This document shows positions 17,906 through 26,878 of a stretch of 64,000 nt of DNA, piece after piece (the first letter of the stretch is position 1; every line of letters begins with the position of its first letter). The position numbers and the translations under genes were made by a program. The notes beneath the pieces were generated by a model, which saw only the letters and a list, made by a program, of their open reading frames with translations, did not search any database and was not told the DNA's origin. The stretch covers positions 3,068-67,067 of the forward strand of contig CAZHDZ010000004.1 in the NCBI GenBank assembly GCA_964531275.1, in the 5' to 3' direction. This DNA comes from an uncultured Gammaproteobacteria bacterium (GTDB lineage: Bacteria > Patescibacteriota > Microgenomatia > Levybacterales > GWA1-39-11).

Positions 17906-18535
17906 TTACACTTCGACTATTTGATACCAATCATCTTTTACCTCTATATATTGGTTGTCACGCAGAAGAATTAACTGACTATTCCCCTCATACGCATGTT
18001 CGAGCCTTCGATTAAGATATAGTTCCTTGAAGCTTTTACTTCCCCAGTGGGGCAAGATAGTAAAGTCCACCAATCCATACCCATCGTAACCCTTTAGATT
18101 TGGGGCCAATGAAGCATCATCTAGTCTTAAGGTCGGATAGGTATCTTTACCAGCAATAATAGAACCAGCACTTGTTCCTATATAAATTTTTTCATCTTTC
18201 AAAATTAAATCTCTAATAATTTCCATGAAGCCACTCTGTTGAGATTTTTCGAGAAGATAGAATGTGTTGCCCCCCTCGATATATATAAAATCGTAGTCGT
18301 TCATAAAAGCACGAATCTCATCTGCCTTTTTACCTGCAATTGTGTAGTCTGCCACCTCAAATCCTGCTTTTATTAAGCTGTTACGATCATTTGTCACCCA
18401 AGATGAATCATGCTCCTTATCCTCGGTTGCGGTAGTTACAAAAACCAACTTATTCTTGCCATTTTTAAGATCAAAGTCTTTTGCTATTCGGCTGGCTACT
18501 TTATGAACAGATGATGTTAAGTATAATTTTTTCAT
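17906..18535 (-). CDS. Peptidase S51 family (dipeptidase E/cyanophycinase-like)
   Basis: YIEGGNTFYLL and GTSAGSII motifs of S51 peptidases. Confidence 0.7.
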   Translation of the reverse strand: MKKLYLTSSVHKVASRIAKDFDLKNGKNKLVFVTTATEDKEHDSSWVTNDRNSLIKAGFEVADYTIAGKKADEIRAFMNDYDFIYIEGGNTFYLLEKSQQSGFMEIIRDLILKDEKIYIGTSAGSIIAGKDTYPTLRLDDASLAPNLKGYDGYGLVDFTILPHWGSKSFKELYLNRRLEHAYEGNSQLILLRDNQYIEVKDDWYQIVEV

Positions 18536-18543
18536 TGTATTTA

Positions 18544-19611
18544 TTAATTATATGAATATGCCCAATCAGCTATTTCAAGAATGCCCTTTGACTTGAGAAA
18601 TTGTTTTTTTACGTCTGCAGACTTTGTGTCCTCAAACCACACAGCGTGCCTGTTCCCATCAGCATCGAGATACTTAATAGAAGGTTCTTGCGTTGATGGG
18701 TCCCTCTCAAGGTTACATGAATCATATGCACAATCATTCACGAAATCTTGAATAATCTTATTAGTACTAAGAGGAACTCCTGAAGCAACGGCAGTCCCAT
18801 CGCCACCTACCTGCCAATCATAACCAAAATAGCCGAGTGTCACAACCAGTTTTCTATTATCAACGTCTTTCTGAAAATCTGAAATCATCCTCTCAAAACT
18901 ATACCCATATTCTTCAGTCTCCTTTAGGGGAAAGTTTGGTCCTGGATTACCTCTCGATTTTGAAAAGTCATAAGCCATAATAAGAACTTTGTCAGACAAT
19001 TCCCCTATTTTTTTAATGTCATAAGGACGAGCTCTAAAGTATGTATCACCGTACACGGTCGTATAAAAAAGGAGGTTGCTACTCTTTACCTTTTGCGAAA
19101 CGACTTTGTAGAATGAGCTTATATTATTGGTCGTAGTGTCAAATCCAAAAGCCGAAGTCTCATAATCCAAAAGTACCCCATCAAATCCATTTTCCGTAGC
19201 AAGATTTACTGCCTCAGAAGCAATTTTCTCCTGAACTTCAAGGTTCTTTAAAACCTGAGCATTCACAAATTTATCTGTCATTCTTATTGCTAATATTCGC
19301 TCTGTCGCATTTGGTGTAAGATTTGCAAATGTTTTTAGCTTCAAATACCCGTCTTCCTCTTTATTAACACCTAAATCATTAACGCCTAACCCAAAATATA
19401 TAAGAGCAAAATCACTATCCGTAACTATTGATTTAGTAAAAGACCAATACGGCACAAAAATATATTGTTTTTGCTGGCTCTGCGAAATTGGCTTTGGATT
19501 TACTTTATTTTCTATTGTTTTAATCGTCTGTTTTACCGTCCCTGGCTTTGCGTAATTCCACACAACGATGCCCCCAACAATAGCTACCAAAATTAACAAA
19601 ATCCACTTCAT
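18544..19611 (-). CDS. Membrane-anchored glycoside hydrolase family 18-like protein (putative)
   Basis: N-terminal TM helix. FDGVLLDYE resembles the GH18 DGxDxDWE catalytic motif with the middle Asp replaced. Weak call. Confidence 0.35.
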   Translation of the reverse strand: MKWILLILVAIVGGIVVWNYAKPGTVKQTIKTIENKVNPKPISQSQQKQYIFVPYWSFTKSIVTDSDFALIYFGLGVNDLGVNKEEDGYLKLKTFANLTPNATERILAIRMTDKFVNAQVLKNLEVQEKIASEAVNLATENGFDGVLLDYETSAFGFDTTTNNISSFYKVVSQKVKSSNLLFYTTVYGDTYFRARPYDIKKIGELSDKVLIMAYDFSKSRGNPGPNFPLKETEEYGYSFERMISDFQKDVDNRKLVVTLGYFGYDWQVGGDGTAVASGVPLSTNKIIQDFVNDCAYDSCNLERDPSTQEPSIKYLDADGNRHAVWFEDTKSADVKKQFLKSKGILEIADWAYSYN

Positions 19612-19644
19612 GTTGAGGCTATTGTATCATAGAACGTATTCTTT

Positions 19645-20253
19645 CTAAGGCAGGGGAGTTATTTGGGAGCGACGAAGTTCAGGTATGCGCGCTATCAATT
19701 CGCGTCGAGGAATCTTTGTCATATCAACGCCTGCTTTATTAGCAGCAAGCAGTCCTTCTATTATTTCGCGCGCCTGCCTTGCATCTTTATTCGTTAAGTA
19801 ATTAATTTTTATCTGATTTCTTTGCTGATACCCTAAGTCTAAAAATCTCATAGCTGAGAAGAAGGGCCCCTTTTCAACTACTACGTCCATTATGTCTTTT
19901 ACATTGATGCTTTGCGTTTTACCGGATAGGAAAAAATTTCGTGTAACAACTGTTACTTTTGTGACATCAATTATTAAATCGCTTGGGAAAAATTCAAATG
20001 GGAATACCGTCTTTGCTCTAAAAAGTATAGTTTGAGCTCTTTTAACAACATCATCAAATTTTTCTCCATGTAAATTAAAATCGCGAGTTAAGGTAGTCTG
20101 AGCTTCCTCAAGTCCTTCTTTTTGTATTTTTGGTGGAATTGTATCGCTTAATTTTTGGTCTGCAAAAAATCGAGAAATGCCCTTTCTTGCATTTCTAAAT
20201 TCTCCAAGAAACGAGGCCTTTCCTTTTTTAAGGATAACTGGGTGTTGATACAT
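19645..20253 (-). CDS. Hypothetical protein
   Basis: 202-aa ORF with typical local composition. No recognisable motif. Confidence 0.4.
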   Translation of the reverse strand: MYQHPVILKKGKASFLGEFRNARKGISRFFADQKLSDTIPPKIQKEGLEEAQTTLTRDFNLHGEKFDDVVKRAQTILFRAKTVFPFEFFPSDLIIDVTKVTVVTRNFFLSGKTQSINVKDIMDVVVEKGPFFSAMRFLDLGYQQRNQIKINYLTNKDARQAREIIEGLLAANKAGVDMTKIPRRELIARIPELRRSQITPLP

Positions 20254-20365
20254 TAATTAACTATATTGTTTGTTTGTGAATTTTGAACAAGAAAAGTAAA
20301 AGAGATACAAAAGAGTATATTCATTTGCACATTAGATAAATCGTGATATCATAACACTAAATTTC

Positions 20366-20989
20366 ATGGCAGAAGACACACCTCAAAACGAATCCTTTTT
20401 AAATCCCTCAAGACGCTCTTACGTTTATGAGTCTTCTAAAGGTTCCGGCAACAAAAAAAGAGTAATACTTATTATATTAGGGGTTATTGTGCTTGTAGCA
20501 CTTGTAGCATATGCAGTTATTGCTACTGGCGGAAAAGGAGAATTAGAAGAAGCACTAACTCCTACCCCAACAACAATTCAAGAAACCCCAACTCCAACAA
20601 TTGCTGAAGCAACGCCTACTCCCGAAGTTTCACCAACTCCAACCGGCAAGACTTCTCCCACTCCTTCAAAGGGAACACCCACACCCACCAAAACTTCAGG
20701 ATCTGACCTAGAAAAATCCAATCTGAGCCTTGAAGTATTAAATGGAAGTGGCGTTGCGGGCGCTGCAACAAAAATGTCAGATATACTAAAAAAGCTTGGG
20801 TATGAAGTTGCATCTTCGGGGAATGCTGATAACTTCGAATATGAAAAGACAGAAATTCAACTTAAGAGTACTAAAAAGGCCTATCTTCAAACGCTTAAAG
20901 ACGACTTGGGAGACGACTACACCATTGGTAGTGCAACTTCAGACTACACAGGGGATGCTGATGGCGTTGTCATTGTTGGAAAAGAATAA
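20366..20989 (+). CDS. LytR C-terminal (LytR_C) domain protein with TM anchor and PT-rich linker
   Basis: N-terminal TM helix, a (TPTPT)n linker and a C-terminal LEVLNGSGVAGAATKMSDILKKLGYEV typical of the LytR_C domain. Confidence 0.6.
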   Translation: MAEDTPQNESFLNPSRRSYVYESSKGSGNKKRVILIILGVIVLVALVAYAVIATGGKGELEEALTPTPTTIQETPTPTIAEATPTPEVSPTPTGKTSPTPSKGTPTPTKTSGSDLEKSNLSLEVLNGSGVAGAATKMSDILKKLGYEVASSGNADNFEYEKTEIQLKSTKKAYLQTLKDDLGDDYTIGSATSDYTGDADGVVIVGKE

Positions 20990-20992
20990 GCA

Positions 20993-21113
20993 GGCTTGGC
21001 TGCGCTAAGCAAGCTTGGCTTCGCTAAGAACCTGCTACGCAGAACCTTGGCTGCGCTAAACAGAGTTTGGCTGCGCTAAGAACCTGCTACGCAGAACCTT
21101 GGCTGCGCTAAAC
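20993..21113. repeat. Tandem REP-like repeat array (core CTTGGC[T/t]GCGCTAA[G]; two about 51-bp tandem copies at 21013..21063 and 21064..21114)
   Basis: Direct reading shows 4-5 copies of the core. It contains GCGNAGC/GCTNCGC mini-hairpin motifs. It is the reverse complement of the array at 23253..23400. Confidence 0.8.
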
Positions 21114-21389
21114 TTAAGACGCCGCCTCAATAAAAAATTCTGGAGCCTGATTACCTTCCGAAATAATAAGTGGCTGATTAGTACTAAGGATATTTGGGGC
21201 AACAGCCGGAAGTACATCAAGGGACTCTCCTCTAATTAAAGGAGTACCATCTCCACTCATGCCACGACTTGCCATTCTTTCTGCTTGCCAAATGGCTTCT
21301 TGTTCTGCCATTCTAGCTTCATATCGTGCAGTTCTTTCGTGAAAAAGCTCTAGCGGGTAGGGACCTGTAGGGTTTGTTTCGTGAGCCAA
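21114..21389 (-). CDS. Hypothetical small protein (atypical Ala/Arg/Glu/Pro-rich composition)
   Basis: 91-aa ORF. Its local GC is visibly higher than its surroundings. Its coding status is uncertain. Confidence 0.3.
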   Translation of the reverse strand: MAHETNPTGPYPLELFHERTARYEARMAEQEAIWQAERMASRGMSGDGTPLIRGESLDVLPAVAPNILSTNQPLIISEGNQAPEFFIEAAS

Positions 21390-21471
21390 ATTATGATTTT
21401 ATACCATAAAAAACTCATATGTGTAAAGTGCCAAAAATAATAGTAACTAAGGTATAATTAAGTACGCTCAT

Positions 21472-23241
21472 ATGAAAAATATTGGAAAAATAATTAAGCT
21501 TTCAAAACCGCTTCATCCACTTGTTGTAATCATTGCAATTCTTATTATAGTGAGCTCAGCTCTTCAGCTGGCGACGCCACTTTTCTCCAAATTCATAGTC
21601 GATGAAATAGTTGCTCATCTGGATAACCAATCTGGAGATCTCAATAAGCTAATTACCCTTATTGTGGTTGCTTTTCTTCTTAATGTAATAGGAGTCATAA
21701 CAAATGTAATTACCGATAGACTTGGTGACCATTTTGCGGGTAGACTCCGCCAATTTCTCACCGAAAGGTTCTATGACAAAGTACTCACCCTTCCTCAAAG
21801 TTACTTTGATGGACAGCTTTCAGGAAAAATCATCAATCAACTAAACCGTGGGATAGTAACTGTTTATAGCTTTTTAAATGGTGCCTCAAATTTTATCATC
21901 CCCATGTTCTTGCAAAGCATATTCACAGTTGCTGTGCTTGCCTACTACAACATTCCCATTGCCTTCTTTACTTTTATTTTATTCCCTATTTATTTAATAC
22001 TTTCCTATTATTCGACGGTAAGGTGGGGCAAAGAAGAGGCTAAGAAAAATGCAATCGAGGATGTAACCAGAGGAAGAATTAATGAGGTAATTTCAAACAT
22101 CAGACTGGTTAAGGGGTTCACTCAAGAAAAAAACGAATACAGAATGGTGTCTGACGGGCTTACGAAAATTAATGAAATCTTTGCTAAGCAGAGCTCAACA
22201 TATCATAAATTTGATTTAGCTCGCAACATGTCTCTTATTCTTGTCATGTTCGCAATCAATATATTAGTTTTTTACAACACTTTCATAGGAGTGCTTACTA
22301 TTGGAGAAATGGTATTAATACTACAGCTGTTTAACCAAGCAAGAGTGCCTCTTTTTGCGATGTCATTTATCCTCACTCAAGTACAGCAGGCTGAGCAGGG
22401 TAGTAAAGAATATCTTGAAATTTTACACCTAGATTCTGCAGAAAATTACAAAGAAGGAGGCAGATTTGTTGCAATCAACAATCCATCAATTGAATTTAAG
22501 AATATATCTTTTAAATACGAAGAGTCGGAAAATGTACTCAATGACGTTTCCTTTAAGATCTTACCTCATGAAAAAGTAGCTCTGGTAGGCCATAGTGGAG
22601 CCGGAAAATCTACGATTGTGAACCTTATCATGAAGCTTTATACACCCACATCTGGAGATATCCTGCTAAAAGATAAGAAATACTCATCCTTATCTCACAA
22701 AGCTGTACGAGATAATATCTCTCTTGTCTTTCAGGAAAACGAGCTTTTCTCATCAACAGTTCGTGAGAATGTCGCCTATGGCAAACCTGATGCAACGGAT
22801 AAGGAAGTTATAAATGCTTTAAAATCTGCAAATGCCTATGAATTTGTTATGAAATTTTCCAAGGGATTAGACAGTGAAATTGGAGAACGTGGAGTCAGGC
22901 TATCGGGAGGCCAAAAGCAGAGAATCCAAATTGCTCGAGCCATTCTTCGAAATTCTCCAATACTTATCCTTGACGAAGCGACTTCCTCCTTGGATGCAAA
23001 AAGTGAGTTTGAAGTCCAACAAGCATTGGAAGTCTTAATGAAAAACAGACTCACAATAATTATTGCTCATAGATTCTCGACCATTCAAAATGTAGACAAA
23101 ATAATCGTTATTGAAGACGGAATGATCTCAAACTATGGAACGCCACATGAACTTTCATCGCAAAAAGGGTTGTACTCTGAATTATTAAAATATCAAATAG
23201 AAGGTAACCAAAAACTTCTCGACCAATTTGGTTTACATTAG
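21472..23241 (+). CDS. ABC transporter, fused permease/ATP-binding protein (MsbA/exporter type)
   Basis: Six N-terminal TM helices. Walker A GHSGAGKST, signature LSGGQKQRIQIARA, Walker B ILILDEATSSLD and an H-loop. Confidence 0.88.
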   Translation: MKNIGKIIKLSKPLHPLVVIIAILIIVSSALQLATPLFSKFIVDEIVAHLDNQSGDLNKLITLIVVAFLLNVIGVITNVITDRLGDHFAGRLRQFLTERFYDKVLTLPQSYFDGQLSGKIINQLNRGIVTVYSFLNGASNFIIPMFLQSIFTVAVLAYYNIPIAFFTFILFPIYLILSYYSTVRWGKEEAKKNAIEDVTRGRINEVISNIRLVKGFTQEKNEYRMVSDGLTKINEIFAKQSSTYHKFDLARNMSLILVMFAINILVFYNTFIGVLTIGEMVLILQLFNQARVPLFAMSFILTQVQQAEQGSKEYLEILHLDSAENYKEGGRFVAINNPSIEFKNISFKYEESENVLNDVSFKILPHEKVALVGHSGAGKSTIVNLIMKLYTPTSGDILLKDKKYSSLSHKAVRDNISLVFQENELFSSTVRENVAYGKPDATDKEVINALKSANAYEFVMKFSKGLDSEIGERGVRLSGGQKQRIQIARAILRNSPILILDEATSSLDAKSEFEVQQALEVLMKNRLTIIIAHRFSTIQNVDKIIVIEDGMISNYGTPHELSSQKGLYSELLKYQIEGNQKLLDQFGLH

Positions 23242-23252
23242 TTCAGGCCAAT

Positions 23253-23400
23253 TTAGCGAAGCCAAGGTTCTGCGAAGCAGGTTCTTAGCGAAGCCAAGCT
23301 TGCTTAGCGAAGCCAAGCTTGCTTAGCGAAGCCAAGGTTCTGCGAAGCAGGTTCTTAGCGAAGCCAAGGTTCTGCGAAGCAGGTTCTTAGCGAAGCCAAG
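23253..23400. repeat. Tandem REP-like repeat array (32-nt unit TTAGCGAAGCCAAGGTTCTGCGAAGCAGGTTC, with 19-nt short variants)
   Basis: Six copies of the core TTAGCGAAGCCAAG. Each 32-nt unit carries two GCGAAGC mini-hairpin motifs. It is the reverse complement of the left array at 20993..21113. A 10-bp perfect palindrome AATTAGCCTA-C-TAGGCTAATT follows at 23430..23450. Confidence 0.8.
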
Positions 23401-23439
23401 GTTGCTGTCAAGCAAGCTTAACGCAGTCAAATTAGCCTA

Positions 23440-24720
23440 CTAGGCTAATTTATACCCTCTCGTCTTCACCGTAACAATTTCGTAATCTGAATGAGAGTTT
23501 TTTAGTTTGCCTCTCAATCTCGCTACGAGTCTGTCGACAGCCCAATCAGATACTCCATATGCAGCTGCCTCAGGCCATACACATTCAATTATTTTCTCCC
23601 GTTCACAAAGCGCTCCTCTGTTTTCTTCAAGAATTTTTAGTAGCAAGTGCTCCTTCTTAGATAACTCATGCCTTGTAGAATCCTTTGCAACTTCGCCTTT
23701 ATTTTGTAAATATCGCTCAAAAAGTCTACTAAATACACCCACCTCAGAAAGTATTCCCGTATTCCATAGGTAGTTTGCTCTATCTTTTTCGTCCGGGCCT
23801 ATTTGTTTATTCTTTATGAACCTTAAAAGAACATCTTGCTCCTCAGAAGATAACGATTCCCACAACTCCTCTGACTGAAGAGCAATTCTCTCATCGAAAA
23901 ATAATTCATCCTCAATATTTTGGGCTGAAAAACCATTTTTCTTTTCGTGAAGATAGGAAAGCGAGAACTGAAGATATTGAGTATACCCATCAACAAGTTC
24001 AAGGACTTTTGATTTTATGTTTTCAGGAAAATTGAGGTTGTATCTTCTGCATATCTCATCAAAAACAATTATAGAATCTTCCTTCCTACTTGGAGCTATA
24101 TACATTGTCCTGGCAAATACTGACACTGAGGCTCTTGTAAATACGTCAGGAGACAATGACTCAAGGCTTCTAACACTGGTTATGACATATGATAAATTTT
24201 TATGACTTGCATCAATGAGACCTTGAAGGTTTGCAAAGAATTCAGGAGTTACAACATTTTGCATCCTATCAAATCTTAAGAAGAAAATAGTCGGAGACAC
24301 ATCTTCTCCTACAAGCTTAACTAGGCTTTTTCTAATTGAATCAATTGTGAGAAAAAGATCCTGTGACTGAATACTATCCAAAAAGAGCGCTTCTATATAT
24401 CTCTTAGTCTCTTCTGAGACATTTGAAGCCATAACATTGTCCTCGATTCTTTTAAGGGTAAGCACCCAGAATGGATATAATTCACGTTCAACCAGATCGT
24501 TTAGATCAACGGGTATAAATAGATGGTTTTTATTATCGCCAATATATCGTTTTGCTATACCTTGCTTATTGAGGAAAAAACGGAGGAAATTACTAATTCC
24601 CACCCGCTTCATACCAACCAAGACAACGCTATTTCTATTCTTTATGTAAAGCCCAAGACTTTCTGCATCTTTTTTTCTGAATGACAGGGGATAAACAACT
24701 TCTTCAATTCGGCTTTCCAT
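23440..24720 (-). CDS. Transcriptional regulator: N-terminal degenerate P-loop/STAND-like domain fused to C-terminal OmpR/PhoB-type winged helix
   Basis: The C-terminal 70 aa (CEREKIIECVWPEAAAYGVSDWAVDRLVARLRGKL...VKTRGYKL) match the Trans_reg_C winged helix. The N-terminus has a degenerate Walker-A-like VVLVGMKRVGIS. There is no receiver domain. Confidence 0.6.
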   Translation of the reverse strand: MESRIEEVVYPLSFRKKDAESLGLYIKNRNSVVLVGMKRVGISNFLRFFLNKQGIAKRYIGDNKNHLFIPVDLNDLVERELYPFWVLTLKRIEDNVMASNVSEETKRYIEALFLDSIQSQDLFLTIDSIRKSLVKLVGEDVSPTIFFLRFDRMQNVVTPEFFANLQGLIDASHKNLSYVITSVRSLESLSPDVFTRASVSVFARTMYIAPSRKEDSIIVFDEICRRYNLNFPENIKSKVLELVDGYTQYLQFSLSYLHEKKNGFSAQNIEDELFFDERIALQSEELWESLSSEEQDVLLRFIKNKQIGPDEKDRANYLWNTGILSEVGVFSRLFERYLQNKGEVAKDSTRHELSKKEHLLLKILEENRGALCEREKIIECVWPEAAAYGVSDWAVDRLVARLRGKLKNSHSDYEIVTVKTRGYKLA

Positions 24721-24760
24721 TACGTGAATTTTAGTCTCGACTTCTTACAATTACAAGTTT

Positions 24761-24796
24761 TGTCAGGTAAAAGTCAGGAGGGATCATACTGTCAGG
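24761..24796. promoter_or_regulatory. Direct repeats (T/A)GTCAGG x3 in a divergent promoter region, a candidate operator
   Basis: TGTCAGG at 24761, AGTCAGG at 24772 (11-bp spacing) and TGTCAGG at 24790. They lie between the divergently transcribed regulator gene and the 24863 ORF. Confidence 0.25.
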
Positions 24797-24862
24797 AAAT
24801 TGTCCCAAATAAAGGTGCTTTAAAGTCAAGTTTTGTATTTTCTATCATACTAAACTCTTGTT

Positions 24863-25129
24863 ATGAGTCATGAAACTACAGAACCAACACTCGGCGGAGG
24901 GACAGAGGGAGTTCTTCCGCTGGGAGTTGAGGCAAATACACTAGTTATGAATCGTGGACATCCTGTTTTTTTGAATAGAATCCTGAACATATTACCATGG
25001 AGAAATTCTTCAGAGCCTATATCGCTTGCTGATACTCTTAGATCTGATATCCAAAAAGTTTCGAAACTAAATGGTGTTAATGCAGATCCCTATTGGAACG
25101 AAACAGAAAAAGGAGTACAACATAGTTAG
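24863..25129 (+). CDS. Hypothetical protein
   Basis: 88-aa ORF. It is the only ORF of 60 aa or more in an otherwise gene-free 0.7 kb. Confidence 0.3.
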   Translation: MSHETTEPTLGGGTEGVLPLGVEANTLVMNRGHPVFLNRILNILPWRNSSEPISLADTLRSDIQKVSKLNGVNADPYWNETEKGVQHS

Positions 25130-25143
25130 GTTAAATAAATTTT

Positions 25144-25566
25144 ATGAGTTGGGAAACTTCAATCGATGGCAGATTACACACTGCACTTGGTGAGCGAGTC
25201 GTGCATAATGGATCAGTTTGGATACATGAGACATACATTCAAGGCAGGCATCCACAAATAGGATCTTTGAAAGAAGGTTTAGAAGGAGAAGTAGAAACTG
25301 TCAGGAAAATCTTGCTCCCACTATCTCTTGTGGATTCGCGTATAAAAGTTAACGGTAAAAGTAACGCTTCATATACACATTTAGTGATTGATGAACACAA
25401 GCACCTGCTTGAGCACCCACAAGCAGAACCAGCTCATGAGTTGACCGTAGGAATTACGGCAGCAGTTGCACCAAGTGTTCCTACGGATAGAATGCTAGAT
25501 ATACCACTCCCTGTTCTCCCATTTTTAATTCAGTCCGCCAATTTGCAACCTGTGCCCACGTCATAA
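25144..25566 (+). CDS. Hypothetical protein
   Basis: 140-aa ORF 15 nt downstream of the previous one. Its 3-prime end overlaps the alternative minus ORF 25481..25705. Confidence 0.3.
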   Translation: MSWETSIDGRLHTALGERVVHNGSVWIHETYIQGRHPQIGSLKEGLEGEVETVRKILLPLSLVDSRIKVNGKSNASYTHLVIDEHKHLLEHPQAEPAHELTVGITAAVAPSVPTDRMLDIPLPVLPFLIQSANLQPVPTS

Positions 25567-25676
25567 CTAATTTGTTCACTTCCTCCTGAGAAAGAGCCTG
25601 AAATTTCTTCTTAACTTTACTTGGAATTTTTCTGCCATAAGCTGCTCTATACAGCATCTCAAAGGAGTAGTCACAT

Positions 25677-26822
25677 TCAATCATATTCTGAGTTATCCAT
25701 GCCATTACCCAACGATAATTGTTTGATTGTAGGAAAAGAAGACCCCATAATCCCCTCCAGCTCTCCTGCCAATTTTGCTACACTCATTTGTGCTTTTTCG
25801 ATCTGCATTTCCCGTCTTTTCCATATCCTCTCCATAGATCTTCTTTCGGAATCAAGGTCAATTCTCATCGTTTGAATACTTTCTACATATCCCTCGATCC
25901 TGTGTCTAAATGAATCACTTTGAAGATATTGGTATACCATCTCAAGCGTTTCATCTTTGCTTTCAGCAGCTGATTTCGCAGCAGCAGTTTGCATGATACC
26001 TCGCCTTACAAGAACCGCCAATGAAATGGCAAAACTATAATTAGTAACAAGCACACTTTCTATAAATCCAAAATTTTGGATATCTTTTGGCAATTCTTCA
26101 GATACCAAAATAGATGAAGTTGCACTTACTTTTCTAGCATCTTCTCGAAGCTTTGGCAACCATGCTGGAGACCATTTTGCCCTCTTTGTTTCCCAAAGAA
26201 TGGAACCTGCTACCCGACCCATAGAATTTCTGACAGTCTGGACAATATCTCCTCCCTTTGATCCTTTGGCAACCGGCTCGATTAAGTCTGTCGGAAAAGC
26301 TGCTGAAAGTTGTTCTTCCAAATCAACTTCAAGAACTTCTCCCTGAACCTGCTGACTTACTCCTGAGGCTTTACGATTTGCCTCCTCAAGCATTCTTTTA
26401 AGATTCTCTATCTGTGTCTCTTTTTCTTTTTCCTTAAATCTATGCTTTTCCTCTTCTTCTCGTACTATTTTTTCCTCTATTTTTTTCTTCTCTTCATCCA
26501 TACGTCTTTCGACATCTAACGTGATTTGCTTTTTTTCTTCTTCTACTTTTCTTTTTTCTTCTCGAAGTTCAATTTCTTTCTCACGAAATTCATCATTCTT
26601 CTTCTTTTGATCCATTAACTCTTTTTGCAACTGCTCTAAGTCCTGCGCGCTCTTTTCAGAAAATTCTTTTTTTGCTTTTTCTTCAGCTTCAGCTCTTGCT
26701 CGCTCTATGTCTTTTTTATGTACCATGTCAAATTCTGACTTTGCTTCTTCCTTCACCTGATGCAGTAATGCTTCAGAAAGTTCCATTTCTTTTCCGCAAT
26801 GCTTGCAAGTAATTGTATTCAT
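25677..26822 (-). CDS. DUF2130-like protein (N-terminal Cys zinc ribbon plus long coiled coil)
   Basis: N-terminus ITCKHCGKEMEL followed by a roughly 150-aa E/K-rich coiled coil and a conserved C-terminal domain. The architecture and N-terminus recall DUF2130. Confidence 0.55.
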   Translation of the reverse strand: MNTITCKHCGKEMELSEALLHQVKEEAKSEFDMVHKKDIERARAEAEEKAKKEFSEKSAQDLEQLQKELMDQKKKNDEFREKEIELREEKRKVEEEKKQITLDVERRMDEEKKKIEEKIVREEEEKHRFKEKEKETQIENLKRMLEEANRKASGVSQQVQGEVLEVDLEEQLSAAFPTDLIEPVAKGSKGGDIVQTVRNSMGRVAGSILWETKRAKWSPAWLPKLREDARKVSATSSILVSEELPKDIQNFGFIESVLVTNYSFAISLAVLVRRGIMQTAAAKSAAESKDETLEMVYQYLQSDSFRHRIEGYVESIQTMRIDLDSERRSMERIWKRREMQIEKAQMSVAKLAGELEGIMGSSFPTIKQLSLGNGMDNSEYD

Positions 26823-26878
26823 AAGAACGTCAGTGTACTACCCAATGAAAATACTGTCAATTAAGTTATGATAATTAA

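Noticed and set aside
20993-23400. Possibility that the tandem repeat arrays are CRISPR arrays
   Set aside because: The repeat units are contiguous with no unique spacers of regular length. The two arrays are inverted copies of each other, and no cas genes are nearby.
25481-25705. 74-aa minus-strand ORF overlapping the 3-prime end of the 25144..25566 plus ORF and the stop of the DUF2130 gene
   Set aside because: It competes with the plus-strand ORF for the same DNA. Neither can be confirmed, so it is kept out of the feature list as the less parsimonious option.
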